In this document: piece after piece, positions 24,881-25,965 of the stretch
Numbering within the stretch: position 1 is the first letter of the stretch
Layout: each line of letters opens with the position of its first letter
Position numbers and translations under genes: made by a program
Notes under the pieces: model-generated
What the model was told of the DNA's origin: nothing
The model's input: the letters and a program-made list of their open reading frames with translations, nothing else
Database searches by the model: none
From: a virus
Lineage: Duplodnaviria > Caudoviricetes
DNA: 25,965 nt
IMG/VR virus record: IMGVR_UViG_3300038808_000065
Location: 1-25,965 of that record
Strand: one strand, 5' to 3'

Positions 24881-25255
24881 ATGCTCCTCGCCATCGGCCT
24901 GTTCGTCTTCGAAAACCTGACGGTGCCATTCACCGACATCAGCCGCCGTACGGCATGGCGGCACGCCAAGAGCGCGCGCGTGGGCGCGCGGGATGCCAGC
25001 CAGTATGTCGGGCCGGGTGACGACGGTATCACGCTGAGCGGCGTGCTGCTGCCCGGCTTTGCCGGCGATTTCGCGTCCATGCGCAACCTGCGCGCCATGG
25101 CGGACGAAGGCGAGGCATGGCCGGTGGTCACCGGAGCCGGCGAGGTCCTCGGCAGCTTCGTCATTGCGTCGATCGACGAGCGAGGCGACACGCTGATGAT
25201 CGACGGCGTGCCCCGCCGCGTCGATTTCTCGATTGAACTCGATCGGGTTGCCTGA
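24881..25255 (+). CDS. gpU: Tail protein U
   Basis: MLLAIGLFVF, WRH...RVGAR.ASQYVGPG...ITLSG.L.P, L..MA..G.AWP, DGVPRRVDF. Confidence 0.95.
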   Translation: MLLAIGLFVFENLTVPFTDISRRTAWRHAKSARVGARDASQYVGPGDDGITLSGVLLPGFAGDFASMRNLRAMADEGEAWPVVTGAGEVLGSFVIASIDERGDTLMIDGVPRRVDFSIELDRVA

Positions 25256-25965
25256 TGCTCCCCAACGCGCCCATGCCGTGGACGGCCACCGCTCGTAGGC
25301 AGAACTTCGCGGATTTCCGTGTCACGCTCGATGGCAAGGATCTGACCAGCAAGGTTCGACCACGGCTGATCTCGCTACGGCTGACGGAAAAGCGTGGTGG
25401 CGAAGCCGACGAGTTAGAGCTTGTGCTAGACGATGCGGACGGCAAGCTGGCCATCCCGAAAAAGGGCGTCATTATCGCGTGCGCGCTGGGCTGGCGTCGT
25501 GGCACCGATGTGATCACCGGTTTGGTCGACAAGGGCCGGTTCACGGTCGACGACGCCAGCTGGGACAGCTCGCCCGACACCATTACCGTCCGTGCGCGCT
25601 CGGCCGACCTGACCGCAGGCTATCGCGTGCGGCGCGAGGGCAGCCATCGGGATACGACGCTCGGGGCGCTCGCCGGCAAGGTTGCCGCCGCGCACGGCTA
25701 CACCGCACACGTCGATCCGGCGCTGACGGGTATCGCCGTCCCCGTCCTCGTACAGGACGGCAAGAGCGACATGGCGATGATCCGCGACCTCGGCCGCCAG
25801 CATGACGCCGTGGCAACTGTTAAGGACCGCCGCCTGATCCTGAAGCCGATCGGCAAAGCCACGACCAGCTCGGGTGCGGCCATCCCGGCGGCGACGATCA
25901 CGCGCAGCAGCGGCGACCGCGCGTCATGGAAGACGTATGCGTCCGGCCAGTGCCGTATCATCTAA
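25255..25965 (+). CDS. gpD: Tail/baseplate hub protein D, apparently C-terminally truncated
   Basis: PRLISLRLT...G.EADELEL.LDDADG, LGW, DKGRF.VD, PDTITVRARSADL, Q..KSDM, HDAVATVK; only 236 aa versus over 300 aa typical for P2 D homologues. Confidence 0.85.
   Translation: MLPNAPMPWTATARRQNFADFRVTLDGKDLTSKVRPRLISLRLTEKRGGEADELELVLDDADGKLAIPKKGVIIACALGWRRGTDVITGLVDKGRFTVDDASWDSSPDTITVRARSADLTAGYRVRREGSHRDTTLGALAGKVAAAHGYTAHVDPALTGIAVPVLVQDGKSDMAMIRDLGRQHDAVATVKDRRLILKPIGKATTSSGAAIPAATITRSSGDRASWKTYASGQCRII

Larger units (their letters stand above)
1..25965. mobile_element. P2-like temperate phage/prophage segment (replication gene through tail gene D)
   Basis: Near-complete set of P2-type morphogenesis genes in P2-like synteny (Q-P divergent from O-N-M-L-X-lysis-R-S; FI-FII-E-E'-T-U-D), P2-like cos sequence, E/E' slippery site. 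Confidence 0.96.

Overview
Almost the whole window is a P2-like (contractile-tail, Peduoviridae-type) temperate phage or prophage from a high-GC host, probably an alphaproteobacterium (Sphingomonadaceae-like; inference). Left to right: a winged-HTH replication-initiator-like gene (not P2 gpA), a structured intergenic region with a P2-type cos site (~1109-1130), and a lower-GC three-gene accessory operon (HEPN-like protein, ParA/MinD-like ATPase with KGGVGRS Walker A, second P-loop ATPase) in the rep/cos-portal slot that is a known anti-phage hotspot of P2-like phages. These are followed by portal and terminase (minus strand), capsid O-N-M-L, X, holin, SAR-type lysozyme, two spanins, R, S, J, I, H, an SGNH-esterase tail protein, a LamG/ConA-like protein, V, W, FI, FII, E/E', T, U and an apparently truncated D. 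The best candidate for an undescribed system is the operon at 1251-4408. Other notable signals are a TGTTGTA-N11-TACAACA late-promoter palindrome at three sites, an internally duplicated tail chaperone E with a -1 slippery site, a terminase reading about 130 codons into the portal gene, and the short D. No integrase, repressor, ogr, tRNA, rRNA or CRISPR array was seen in the window.
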